A stretch of DNA of 64,000 nucleotides from Candidatus Omnitrophota bacterium. Its GTDB lineage: Bacteria > Omnitrophota > Gorgyraeia > 2-01-FULL-45-10. The notes under the pieces were generated by a model. It did no database searches, was not told where the DNA came from, and saw only the letters and a program-made list of their open reading frames with translations. The position numbers were made by a program, and so were the translations under genes. The stretch lies in the NCBI GenBank assembly GCA_041661345.1, contig JBAZUO010000005.1:3977-67976 (forward strand), read 5' to 3'. Shown here in pieces: positions 45,788-55,030 of the stretch. Positions within the stretch are counted from its first letter, which is position 1, and each line of letters starts with the position of its first letter.

Positions 45788-46294
45788 TTAGGGGCTGATT
45801 TCAACCTGGTGGGTAGAATAAACCTTGTGCGGCTTTATTTCGCAGCTTTTGAGAATATCATTGATACTTGGTAATATCTGGCATGTGACGGGAGGATTGT
45901 CGATCTTAATTTCAAAAAGTATCTTCACGGGGGGTGGTTCAACATCTTTGGCCGATAAAAATATTCTTATTAAGAAATCCCGGCCGGCAATGGTGACCGG
46001 ATAAAGCGAGACTAGCCCATCCCTGGCTATCTTCCGAATGTCGAAACGAACATCACCACCGTTTAATTTTGTAAACCCGCTGATAATATCCTGTCTGGAG
46101 ACAGGGCTTAAAACATCCTGCTTATAAAACAAGACCGCAAGGCACACTGCGGTCGATATCTGCTGAAATGATGGCTCTGAAATTCTACTTGCAGGGTTAA
46201 GACTAAAAGTTTCAGCATTTAAATACTGCGGCAACGAAATGACTTGGATCAAAAAGAGAACAGCCAGTACGCCTGATAGCTTTTTCCTTTTCAC
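45788..46294 (-). CDS. Secreted protein, unknown function
   Basis: 168 aa. Signal peptide (LAVLFLIQVISLPQYLNA). No recognisable domain. Confidence 0.45.
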   Translation of the reverse strand: MKRKKLSGVLAVLFLIQVISLPQYLNAETFSLNPASRISEPSFQQISTAVCLAVLFYKQDVLSPVSRQDIISGFTKLNGGDVRFDIRKIARDGLVSLYPVTIAGRDFLIRIFLSAKDVEPPPVKILFEIKIDNPPVTCQILPSINDILKSCEIKPHKVYSTHQVEISP

Positions 46295-46359
46295 AAGACC
46301 TCGCTTTACACAAGAAGTCTATCATAAGATCTAACTTTTGCAAGAGGCTTGCAGTAAAT

Positions 46360-47754
46360 TTATTTATTTTCCAATACCCGCACAAACGCACTTACGACTT
46401 CGGGATTGAATTGTGTGGCGCTGTTTTGCCTTAACTGTTCTATGGCTTCCCTCTTTGTCAAATTTTTCATGTACGGCCTGTGGGAAGTCATCGCGTCGTA
46501 TGAATCGGCCGCGGTAACGATAGCCGCCAATATATCGATTTTCCCCCCAGCCAACCCATCGGGATAACCTTTGCCGTCGTAGCGTTCGTGATGCTGTTTC
46601 ACTATGGCAAGGATCTCCTTATCCAGGGAAACGGGCTTCAGCAACTCTTCTCCTATCGCCGGATGCTTTTTTATAGTCTCACGGTCCTCATCGCTAAGCT
46701 CTGATTTTTTATTCAGGATCATCTCCTGAACTCCCAATTTACCTATATCATGAAGAAGCGCGGCCTCTTTGACCAGCTCTATCTTCTGGTGCGGCAGCTT
46801 CATCTCCTTCGCGATATCTTCCGCGTATTTCGCAACCCTCTCAGAATGGCCTTTCGTGTAGGCATCGCGCGCTTCAAGAACGTTTACCAGGGTTTGCACA
46901 GCGCGATAAAAATAACTGACTAACTTGTGTCTTGCCTTATACAGATTCTCCGCCATCTTGTTAAAAGAATCCGCGAGCTCGCTTATCTCATCCCTACCCC
47001 CGGTCTTCACCTTATAATGCAGATCTCCGGATGAGATATGCCTTGTCCCTTCCACTAATTTATTGATCGGCGCCGTAACTCTCGCCGAGATAAAAAATCC
47101 CAGGATTATCGAAAGCACCAGGCCAAATAACAGGGCGACGGCAGACCTCGCCCTGACTTCTTTCTGAGCGCCATAGACATCACTTGCCGTCATGTCTATT
47201 CCCAGTACTGCTATGGCGTTACCATTTTTATCACGGATCGGAGCATAGCCCGACAAAAATACACCCCACTTATCAGCCATGATCTTTCTGTCAACAGTCG
47301 GGTCATCGAAGGCCTTAAGTAATTCCGGAAAAGATGAGCCATCATATACCTCACCCGGCAAGGCCGGAACCAGCTTTATCTCGACATCGCACGGATGCAG
47401 ATCGATCAGGAATTTAAAAACTGATGGGGTTTCGGTTTTTTTTAGGATATAAACGTAGGCAAGGCTCGGATCGACCTCTTTTATCTTCAATAATTTTTCC
47501 GCAACGGCTTTATAGGGGGAGCTCTCGACTCCGTTCTCATTAAGCGGTATCCGTAACAGGGTATCGGCGTCTACCGTCATTGCTATGGTCTGGGCGATTA
47601 TCTTAAGCTTGTCTCTTAACTGTTCAAACTGGGCTTTCGATGCGTAATCGTACACCAGAAAATTACCGGCGGCTCCCGAAAGACACATTAATACCACCAG
47701 GATGGCCGTGATCTTCCAGCGAAAACTTCTAAGCAGTATTAGATGATTTTTCAT
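46360..47754 (-). CDS. HD-GYP phosphodiesterase with periplasmic Cache-like sensor and HAMP
   Basis: 464 aa. TM, sensor, TM, HAMP, then HD-GYP (HSERVAKY, LLHDIGK, HHERYDGKGYP). Confidence 0.85.
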   Translation of the reverse strand: MKNHLILLRSFRWKITAILVVLMCLSGAAGNFLVYDYASKAQFEQLRDKLKIIAQTIAMTVDADTLLRIPLNENGVESSPYKAVAEKLLKIKEVDPSLAYVYILKKTETPSVFKFLIDLHPCDVEIKLVPALPGEVYDGSSFPELLKAFDDPTVDRKIMADKWGVFLSGYAPIRDKNGNAIAVLGIDMTASDVYGAQKEVRARSAVALLFGLVLSIILGFFISARVTAPINKLVEGTRHISSGDLHYKVKTGGRDEISELADSFNKMAENLYKARHKLVSYFYRAVQTLVNVLEARDAYTKGHSERVAKYAEDIAKEMKLPHQKIELVKEAALLHDIGKLGVQEMILNKKSELSDEDRETIKKHPAIGEELLKPVSLDKEILAIVKQHHERYDGKGYPDGLAGGKIDILAAIVTAADSYDAMTSHRPYMKNLTKREAIEQLRQNSATQFNPEVVSAFVRVLENK

Positions 47755-48892
47755 AATAGACCGAAGTGATATATTTTATAGTTTTGTCCCAATTAAAATC
47801 TTCAAGACGTTTTCGTCCGTTCTCTGTAAGCGCATTGCTTAAAGAATCGTCGTCGCACAATTTGTTCATCGCGTCAGCCAGTGCCGCAACAGATGTGGGA
47901 TCTATCAATATAGCGCTATTACCGGAAGCGATCTCCGGCAGCGAAGAACGGTCGCTCGTTATCACCGGTGTTCCCAGGTAGAACGCCTCCAGTAACGGTA
48001 TCCCAAAACCTTCAAAAGTAGACGCGTATATCATGGCACCGCTGCGTTTTATCAGGTTGTACAGGATGCGATCCTCAATATATCCCGTGAACACGACCCG
48101 TGGTTCAATATTATAATAACGGACGAGGTTTTTCAACTCAATAAAAGATCCGCTCTTATCGCTAAAACTGCCCACGATGACAAGCTTGTGAAGCCTCGGC
48201 TTCCCCATTTCGAGAAACTTAGCAAAGGACTTTATCAGGAAAGGGACATTCTTCCTCACATCATCAAGCCTTCCCGCAACACTGATAAAATATTCTTTGT
48301 CGCGCAAGTCATATGGCAGGTGCCAGGCACCTTCTTTATCGATCATACTACCGATATGCTGCCTATCGCAATCCAAATATGTAACAGCTATCTTTTCCGT
48401 ACGGACGCACAACCTTTCACCGATCTCTTTCTTTGTGCACTCGGATATGGTCAATATCTTCCTGGCTTTCAGCGCTTCGAGGAACAATCCGATTAATCTT
48501 CGCGTTTTTTTTACCTTCGTCGAGGCCGTGTTCTCCGTGGAAATGGAGTACAGATCGTTGATCGACATCACGATCGGGCATACTGCAAAAAGAGGAACGC
48601 CTTTATCCCATATTGCGTGATAAAGATCGATCCTATATTTTGACAACTGAAACGGCAGCACCCAATTTTTCCAATATTTTTTCAATCTCGGTTTATTAAA
48701 TAAGATAAGCGGAAATTTTGAAAAAACACTTTTATATTCTTCACGCAGAGGTGTATCGGAAAAGAGATATACCTCGAATCGACCGTCCCCGGATAAACCT
48801 TTCAAAAGAGAAAGACAATAGCGCGCGACACCATTCATCGGTTGAGACAATATCCTGGCATCAATACCAAGCCGCATCTTATCTTTTGGCAT
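47729..48892 (-). CDS. Glycosyltransferase family 4 (GT-B, GT1 superfamily)
   Basis: 387 aa. C-terminal E(x7)E region FEGFGIPLLEAFYLGTPVITSDRSSLPEI. The start is 1 nt after the autotransporter stop. 26-nt overlap with the HD-GYP gene. Confidence 0.82.
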   Translation of the reverse strand: MPKDKMRLGIDARILSQPMNGVARYCLSLLKGLSGDGRFEVYLFSDTPLREEYKSVFSKFPLILFNKPRLKKYWKNWVLPFQLSKYRIDLYHAIWDKGVPLFAVCPIVMSINDLYSISTENTASTKVKKTRRLIGLFLEALKARKILTISECTKKEIGERLCVRTEKIAVTYLDCDRQHIGSMIDKEGAWHLPYDLRDKEYFISVAGRLDDVRKNVPFLIKSFAKFLEMGKPRLHKLVIVGSFSDKSGSFIELKNLVRYYNIEPRVVFTGYIEDRILYNLIKRSGAMIYASTFEGFGIPLLEAFYLGTPVITSDRSSLPEIASGNSAILIDPTSVAALADAMNKLCDDDSLSNALTENGRKRLEDFNWDKTIKYITSVYYEKSSNTA

Positions 48893-48893
48893 A

Positions 48894-51806
48894 TTAAAAA
48901 TAGATCTTCACGTTGCCATTAACATTCTGGGCAACATATTTATACTGGCCAACCTGCGCCTGGTATTGGACGTTGAATAACACGGAATTGGTAAGCCTGA
49001 ATGCCATGCCGCAGCCTAATAGGCAAAAATCGGGAGACTTGTTTTCTCCCGTAGAGGTATTAAAAACCGATCCTGCTAATTTGGCCTCGATAGAACGGCT
49101 GTCATTCAGGAATTCATGCTGAAAAGATATATGCGCTTCCGGGAATAACACATGTTTATCTATTCTCAATTCGTACTCCGCCCTCCATCCGATACCAAAC
49201 TGGCACGATTGCGCATCCTGGGCCGACACATCCAGATCCAATGAATCCGCCCCGCTCTCGAGAAAACTGTCGATCCATAATTGCGAATATTTCATGGTCA
49301 GCGTGGGGCCGGTAACAAGGCTTTTTACGTGAAAATCGCATCCGGTGCCTCCGGCGATAGTCCACTGCTGACCGAACGGATTCGCCTTGGCGTTTCTATC
49401 AAGGCCGCCGAAATTTATCTTGCGGTCGGTGTGATAAATATTTGAAGCAAACTGCGCGGCGAGGTCAAGGTATAAAATTTTCCACGAATATGTTGAGTAA
49501 AGGCCGTATGAAATAGAGTCTATATCTATGCTGCCTCCCGCGCCGCCCAACGAAGAACTGGTCCTCAGATAACCTACATCCGCGCCCACTATGAGGCCGT
49601 TCAATAGTTTATAATCAAAACCCGCCGTAACTCCGCCGGACACATAGTCAAAACCCGGCTCATTGGTGAAGGCGCCCTGGTTTCCAAAATCTCCCTCGCC
49701 GTTTATAAAGAAACCAAATTTCTTATCCGTAGCGGCATGTGTATTGCTCTCGCGGGAAAACTTGGCCCAGTCATCGCCGTCGTAGGCTATCAATACGCGA
49801 TCCTGTTTCAATAGATTTCCGGCAAACGAACCGGTGAAGGTATTAAAGGACATGCCTCTCGGGATTCCGGTTCTCAGTTCTTCCATATGGCTCTGCAGAT
49901 TCGCGAATTGCATCGTGGCGCTCGTAAAAGCTATATTAGGAATACCACTCAATCTGTCGGGGGACGTTTGAGAATAGGCATCGGCAACCTGTGCGTTTGT
50001 GCTTAAACCATCTATGGCATTCTTGACGACCGCCAGATCTCCCGTAGCGGCGGGAAGCACGAGCTGCATAACCGAGGCGACATTCCTCTGGTTATCATTT
50101 AAAAATTGTCTGAGCGGATAATTGTCATAGTCGCGCGTAGCAACAAGATCGATATCGTCGCCGCCTACAAGAGGCTTCCATATTATAGTGGGCGTTATCG
50201 GCGTATCCAGTGTATCGAATGTACCAGTTACACCGCCGGTCGTCTGTATAAAATCGGTCAATACATCGCCGAGCGCATATGAACCGGTCGTTGTTGTTTT
50301 AAGCGTACCTCCCAGGGTAGCCGCGCCGATAATATTCATGCTCCCGTAATCTAAAACAAGCGAATTAACGTCAAGCTTTAATGCGGAAGTCGACGCTTGA
50401 GTATAGTCACCGGTGAATTCCAGTTGATCATTCGATAGATTCATGGCCCCTGAGGAAGTAAGGACTACATCTCCGGCAATCGCCCCCGCGCCGCTATTCG
50501 TTATGGTCGTAGTCCCGGACGCAATTTCCACTGCTGTAGCACCGCGGATCGTTCCGCTGTTAGTTATCGTTGTATCGCCGTTCACGATCTTCACCGCAGT
50601 GCCGGCGCCGACATCCCCTATAATTCCGGTAGCTGAATTGATAAGCTCATTTATTCCGGACGTTATCGGGGTGCCATAATCGGTACTGGTATCACCCATA
50701 AAAAGAATTCCAATATTATCTGTTCCGGCAATATTGTATTTATTGCGGGTTGTACCTGATATGGTACCGTTATTGGTGACTTTATAGTTCAGCGACCAGA
50801 CGAGAATGCCCTCACCGCCCGAGACAGATTGGCCGCTCGCTATAGTTATCGTGTTTGGAGAAGATGCGGAGCGGCTGACATTATTCTGAAAACTGTGACC
50901 GGCCCATAGAGTATCGCATGCGCCCGTAACATTAAAATTCGGAAAACCATTGCCGTATTGCGCATCTGCATCACTGCTAAAAGCGCCGTTCTTATTTTTC
51001 GTATATATATAGGATGCTGTTGAATAGATAGCGTAAATGGTAACAGGCGTCTGGCCCGGGAGTATAAACTCGGTCATCCCCTGTATCTGATCAAGCGTCA
51101 GGACCGGAGAGGCGCCGTTTCCCCAGAAATATGAATACCCCAACTGCGTCCACGGAAAAGTAGCGCCAGTAAGAGCCGATGCATACCAGGAAGCGTAATA
51201 ATCCTTAAAGTTCTTGTAAACTGTATCGCTCATGCCGGTAGGCTGTCGAAAAGGGAAATCCGTATCGGAATCGCCATACTGCGTGCGGTTATAGGTAGTC
51301 GCGTCGGGATTTTTCGACGGCCGCATTATATGGTTATTGTCCGCAGTTACCGCAAATTCTACTATCGCGTTGTGATATTTGGTAACATTGGTATATTCAT
51401 CCATACCTAATCCACGTTCCACGACATTTATGAGAGCGGTATTGGTGGTAATTCCGCCGTGATCTTTATAAAATTCGGTAAAATCATTACCTGTCGTTAC
51501 CCAGGTAGCGGATGCTGCAGGCTGGCCGTATATTGCATAATCTGCCTGGCCGACATAATTACTACTAAAGTTCGAAGACTTTGCCACGTTCCTAACTATC
51601 AGCTTGCCGCTTGAATTATATTGAAGGCCGTGCGTGTCACTGGAATTTATGCTTATTATGCTGCTGTCGGAGGCGCGCCAATCCGGAGGACCGGAAGGGT
51701 TCATGGCATTATCTATGGCTTGATTTATAGCCTGGCTGTAAGTTTCAGCCGCAAAGGTTGTGGAGCATGTAAAAAGGATCGCTAAAAATAATATAATTTT
51801 TTTCAT
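48894..51806 (-). CDS. Autotransporter: signal peptide, ~330-aa unassigned N-terminal domain, G/T/N-rich beta-helix passenger, C-terminal 12-strand-type barrel
   Basis: 970 aa. Signal MKKIILFLAILFTCSTTFA. Passenger repeats (TNSGTIRGATAVEIASGTTTITNSGAGAIAG). The C-terminal ~280 aa alternate and end ...NVNGNVKIYF (terminal Phe). Confidence 0.78.
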   Translation of the reverse strand: MKKIILFLAILFTCSTTFAAETYSQAINQAIDNAMNPSGPPDWRASDSSIISINSSDTHGLQYNSSGKLIVRNVAKSSNFSSNYVGQADYAIYGQPAASATWVTTGNDFTEFYKDHGGITTNTALINVVERGLGMDEYTNVTKYHNAIVEFAVTADNNHIMRPSKNPDATTYNRTQYGDSDTDFPFRQPTGMSDTVYKNFKDYYASWYASALTGATFPWTQLGYSYFWGNGASPVLTLDQIQGMTEFILPGQTPVTIYAIYSTASYIYTKNKNGAFSSDADAQYGNGFPNFNVTGACDTLWAGHSFQNNVSRSASSPNTITIASGQSVSGGEGILVWSLNYKVTNNGTISGTTRNKYNIAGTDNIGILFMGDTSTDYGTPITSGINELINSATGIIGDVGAGTAVKIVNGDTTITNSGTIRGATAVEIASGTTTITNSGAGAIAGDVVLTSSGAMNLSNDQLEFTGDYTQASTSALKLDVNSLVLDYGSMNIIGAATLGGTLKTTTTGSYALGDVLTDFIQTTGGVTGTFDTLDTPITPTIIWKPLVGGDDIDLVATRDYDNYPLRQFLNDNQRNVASVMQLVLPAATGDLAVVKNAIDGLSTNAQVADAYSQTSPDRLSGIPNIAFTSATMQFANLQSHMEELRTGIPRGMSFNTFTGSFAGNLLKQDRVLIAYDGDDWAKFSRESNTHAATDKKFGFFINGEGDFGNQGAFTNEPGFDYVSGGVTAGFDYKLLNGLIVGADVGYLRTSSSLGGAGGSIDIDSISYGLYSTYSWKILYLDLAAQFASNIYHTDRKINFGGLDRNAKANPFGQQWTIAGGTGCDFHVKSLVTGPTLTMKYSQLWIDSFLESGADSLDLDVSAQDAQSCQFGIGWRAEYELRIDKHVLFPEAHISFQHEFLNDSRSIEAKLAGSVFNTSTGENKSPDFCLLGCGMAFRLTNSVLFNVQYQAQVGQYKYVAQNVNGNVKIYF

Positions 51807-53327
51807 CTACATTCTCCATGAGTCGGTCATATGCGCATCAAGAGGCTGAATCGTCCTTGGCGGCAGGTTGTGTGCGGTATCCATCAGGGCTCCGGAGAGC
51901 CCCTTTCGTGCGTACAAAGCCGAGTAACGGCTCGACCAGATATTCTCGAATCCCAGAGCATCAAGGTCTTCGGGCCTTAACGCCGTGTTATTAAGCTCCA
52001 GCATAATGTAATCCACCTTGCAAAGCTTTACCATCCGGTCCCAATCGGGCCCATTCTTGTAAAAAAAATCGTGGTTCATGTCAAATGTAGACTGAGGATA
52101 CATCGCTTCATATCTTCCGCACATGGAAATTTTTATGCGCGGATAAAGCCGCCACATGGCGTAGTTGCCCCAGCGAAGCGGCACGGCAAGGTTACCCTCG
52201 GCCTTTGAATACATCAGAATATCCGCTTCACGCACGGGATAAAATCCGACGGGCGCAAGGACCTGAAATGTAACTGATGGAAGGATAAATATCGCGACAA
52301 TAACGGCTATCAATGCGTATAAGACCACCGCGGTTAAGGCGGTTATATTCAATCGCAGCCTGGCCGCGCAGGCCTCCAGGTACGGCCCGAGAAATGCGAG
52401 TGCCGCGAGGCCAAAAAATGGCGCATGCCTGCGATGCCGCATTGCTATCAAGGCAGTTATAACCAGGACGATCATTTGAGCGGTGGATATTTTTCCTTTA
52501 AAGGCTTTACGGCCGAAAACAAGAACAAAAACGACTATCGCGAAAAGTATCCGGAACCCGATATACGGGTCTTGCCCGAATATCGGCATCGTCTGCCATT
52601 CGGCTATTGAGGCCCTGTGAAGCGTAAGCGCCTTGAACAGGCAATCCCAGAATTTCAAGCCGTAAGGGCTGACGGTAGTGGCGAAGATAGCGCCCATCAA
52701 CGCTACAAGCATGATCTTCGATCGGCGACGGAATATTAAATCCGTAAGCGCATATACGGCCATTATGCCCAGCCCCGACACAAACCCGCCATGAACATTG
52801 ACCCATATCAGCATGATAAAAATTATGCTTATAGCCGGCCGGCCATCGCCTTGCCGTATCTTTTCAAGATAAAGTAGCATCATGGCAAAGAAAAGATATG
52901 TTAAGGTATGACTGCGGACGACGGGTATGTAGCCGGGGAATACGGCCAAAGCGCACGGTATTGCAATCATAAGGATCGTGGGCCATTTGACGCCGTTAAT
53001 CCTAGCCGCTTGGCTTGCGAAAAAAATAGCGCCAAATGCTATAACTATTTTGAACAGTAGAAGCGAGCCGGGCCCGAATATTTTAAGGAGAGAAAAGAAT
53101 ATAAGCCCTGAGCCCCACTCGTGGTCTACATATTCCGATAGAACGGGCGTAAATGCGAATATATCTTTTTGTATAAGATGTCCGGTCTTCCAGATCGAGG
53201 CGCCCTGCACAAACCTGGCCCACAGGTCGCCATCAGCGATATTGTGGTATGAAAGTATAATGGCGAATGAAAATACGCCAAGCGCTATGGTAATAAATAC
53301 TATTGATCTCTCGTTAGTTATTTTAAT
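51807..53327 (-). CDS. Polytopic membrane protein, GT-C-fold-like (putative lipid-linked-sugar glycosyltransferase); start uncertain
   Basis: The track start is GTG at 53210. The frame stays open up to 53351 and encodes a further TM helix (…KITNERSIVFITIALGVFSFAIILSYHNIADGDLWARF) with no ATG/GTG/TTG. ATT at 53327 has GGAG 8 nt upstream. 11-13 TM plus a C-terminal soluble domain. The stop abuts the autotransporter ATG. Confidence 0.4.
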   Translation of the reverse strand: MKITNERSIVFITIALGVFSFAIILSYHNIADGDLWARFVQGASIWKTGHLIQKDIFAFTPVLSEYVDHEWGSGLIFFSLLKIFGPGSLLLFKIVIAFGAIFFASQAARINGVKWPTILMIAIPCALAVFPGYIPVVRSHTLTYLFFAMMLLYLEKIRQGDGRPAISIIFIMLIWVNVHGGFVSGLGIMAVYALTDLIFRRRSKIMLVALMGAIFATTVSPYGLKFWDCLFKALTLHRASIAEWQTMPIFGQDPYIGFRILFAIVVFVLVFGRKAFKGKISTAQMIVLVITALIAMRHRRHAPFFGLAALAFLGPYLEACAARLRLNITALTAVVLYALIAVIVAIFILPSVTFQVLAPVGFYPVREADILMYSKAEGNLAVPLRWGNYAMWRLYPRIKISMCGRYEAMYPQSTFDMNHDFFYKNGPDWDRMVKLCKVDYIMLELNNTALRPEDLDALGFENIWSSRYSALYARKGLSGALMDTAHNLPPRTIQPLDAHMTDSWRM

Positions 53328-53791
53328 TTTAACTGCTCCAGGATATTTTTGTTAAAATCTTGAGCTTCTGTCGTTCCCTCTTCCGGCGCCCAGGGCGCAA
53401 AATTCTTGTCTACGTCCTTATTATAGGGCCCATCCTTTACCTCATACAGCACGGTGTCCGGTAGGAGCGCAATAAAAGAATGCCATATCTTGGGCGGTAT
53501 CTCCACCGCATATTCTCCACGTCGAGCGTCTAATATAATGTGCTCCGCAATATGACCCTTGTCGTCAAATTCAACTACCAGCGCCTTGCCGCCTAATATT
53601 ACAAAAGCCTCGACCTTATCCGGGTTTTCATGCTTATGGGGCCGGACATAAGTCCCTGGCTGGGCGGCATTCAGCATGCGCTGAACCGGCGCGTTGTAGT
53701 CCTTATGAAAATTGTAATTGGCCCTCTTCCTTGGCGAGGCCTTAGACTTAAGCGCGATCTCTGCTATTAGAGCGGAATTTATTCTTATCAC
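53318..53791 (-). CDS. WbuC-family cupin-fold metalloprotein
   Basis: 157 aa. ANYNFHKDYNAPVQRMLNA..PGTYVRPHKH...EAFVILGG...EIPPKIWHSF...EVKDGPY matches the WbuC family pattern. Confidence 0.72.
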   Translation of the reverse strand: MIRINSALIAEIALKSKASPRKRANYNFHKDYNAPVQRMLNAAQPGTYVRPHKHENPDKVEAFVILGGKALVVEFDDKGHIAEHIILDARRGEYAVEIPPKIWHSFIALLPDTVLYEVKDGPYNKDVDKNFAPWAPEEGTTEAQDFNKNILEQLKLK

Positions 53792-55008
53792 TTAGTCGCT
53801 TCTCTCTGCATGACATCAAGGCCGGGTGGAGCCTTGTGCCATTTATAACCTCCGACAGCGTCCTCGTAACCTCTGTCAAATAGGCGCTTCATGTCCTTAG
53901 GATCGAACATCTCCTTACAATCCTGTTTGAAATCCGGAGGGATGAAAGCAAGGTTATAATCATTCCCCCTCGTCTTCATGAACGTATATATTCTGTACGT
54001 ATCGCCTACGCCCTGAGCATCTATGATAGTATCAAACGACCGTTCGGAAAGCGAGGTAAGATTGTCTTTTACCTTCTTGTAAACAGGCGACATGTAGCCA
54101 TTCCGTATTATGTAAAGCTTCGATTTTACCTTTGACGGGTCTATATTCAGGCTCTTGGCAGCCTCGCCCATTCCGTCCAGAAGCTTATATGTGGTAAAAA
54201 CCTGCGTCAGTGTACCACCGTCGACGTGCAATTCATCATACATCTTGCCGTCGGCCTCCACATGAAAAATTGTCGGAGGAAATATCATAGGTATAGCAGC
54301 CGAGGCAACTATGACCTTACGGAATAACTCTACATCACCCCTACAAGCAATGGCCCCCATATCCCATATCACAAACCTCTGGGCATCGAGATTGGCGGTG
54401 CCGACTAGTAGTCTGCGGCCAGACCTATGCTCGGCTGCGATCTTCGCGAGAAGATCTGGGGTAACGATGCGGGATATCGTTCTAATGAGTGGCGCATTAC
54501 TGGCGAAGGAATCCCCGAACAGGATCATGAAAGGCAATTTGTTTGCCATCACATCCTTAGTTGACATCGTTGTGTAACATTTTTCGAGTTCGTCGTCATA
54601 TTCTTTACCCAAAAACGCGAATGGCGCACTGATTGCGCCCGTAGAGACACCGGTAACGATCTTAAATACCGGCCTGGATCCTTCCTTCGACCAACCCTTC
54701 AGTAGTCCTGCGCCATATGCGCCATTAGCGCCGCCTCCGGAGATGGCAAGCACCGGATAGACTCTTACACCATCGGGGCCCTGGGGAAAATCCTCGGCGC
54801 TTTCCTGCTTAGCCGAAACCAGTAAACTTTCCTGCATTCTCGTATTATGCTCGCCCAAGACGATACGCACTTCATCCATATTGCCGATCCGGGCTTTATC
54901 GATAAGATCCGGCGGCACAGGATGCCGCATGGTAGCGCAGCCGGACACAATAGGTAAACAGAATGCTACGAACGTTAGCGTAAATATCATCTTTATCCGT
55001 ATTTTCAT
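53788..55008 (-). CDS. Patatin-like phospholipase, lipoprotein
   Basis: Start set to ATG at 55008 (GGGGGAGAT SD; removes the overlap with the upstream gene). Lipobox VSGC. GGGANGAYGAG oxyanion loop, GVSTGA nucleophile (GxSxG) and DGG catalytic Asp (HVDGGT). Confidence 0.82.
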   Translation of the reverse strand: MKIRIKMIFTLTFVAFCLPIVSGCATMRHPVPPDLIDKARIGNMDEVRIVLGEHNTRMQESLLVSAKQESAEDFPQGPDGVRVYPVLAISGGGANGAYGAGLLKGWSKEGSRPVFKIVTGVSTGAISAPFAFLGKEYDDELEKCYTTMSTKDVMANKLPFMILFGDSFASNAPLIRTISRIVTPDLLAKIAAEHRSGRRLLVGTANLDAQRFVIWDMGAIACRGDVELFRKVIVASAAIPMIFPPTIFHVEADGKMYDELHVDGGTLTQVFTTYKLLDGMGEAAKSLNIDPSKVKSKLYIIRNGYMSPVYKKVKDNLTSLSERSFDTIIDAQGVGDTYRIYTFMKTRGNDYNLAFIPPDFKQDCKEMFDPKDMKRLFDRGYEDAVGGYKWHKAPPGLDVMQREATK

Positions 55009-55030
55009 ATCTCCCCCTCGTAAGTCCTCA

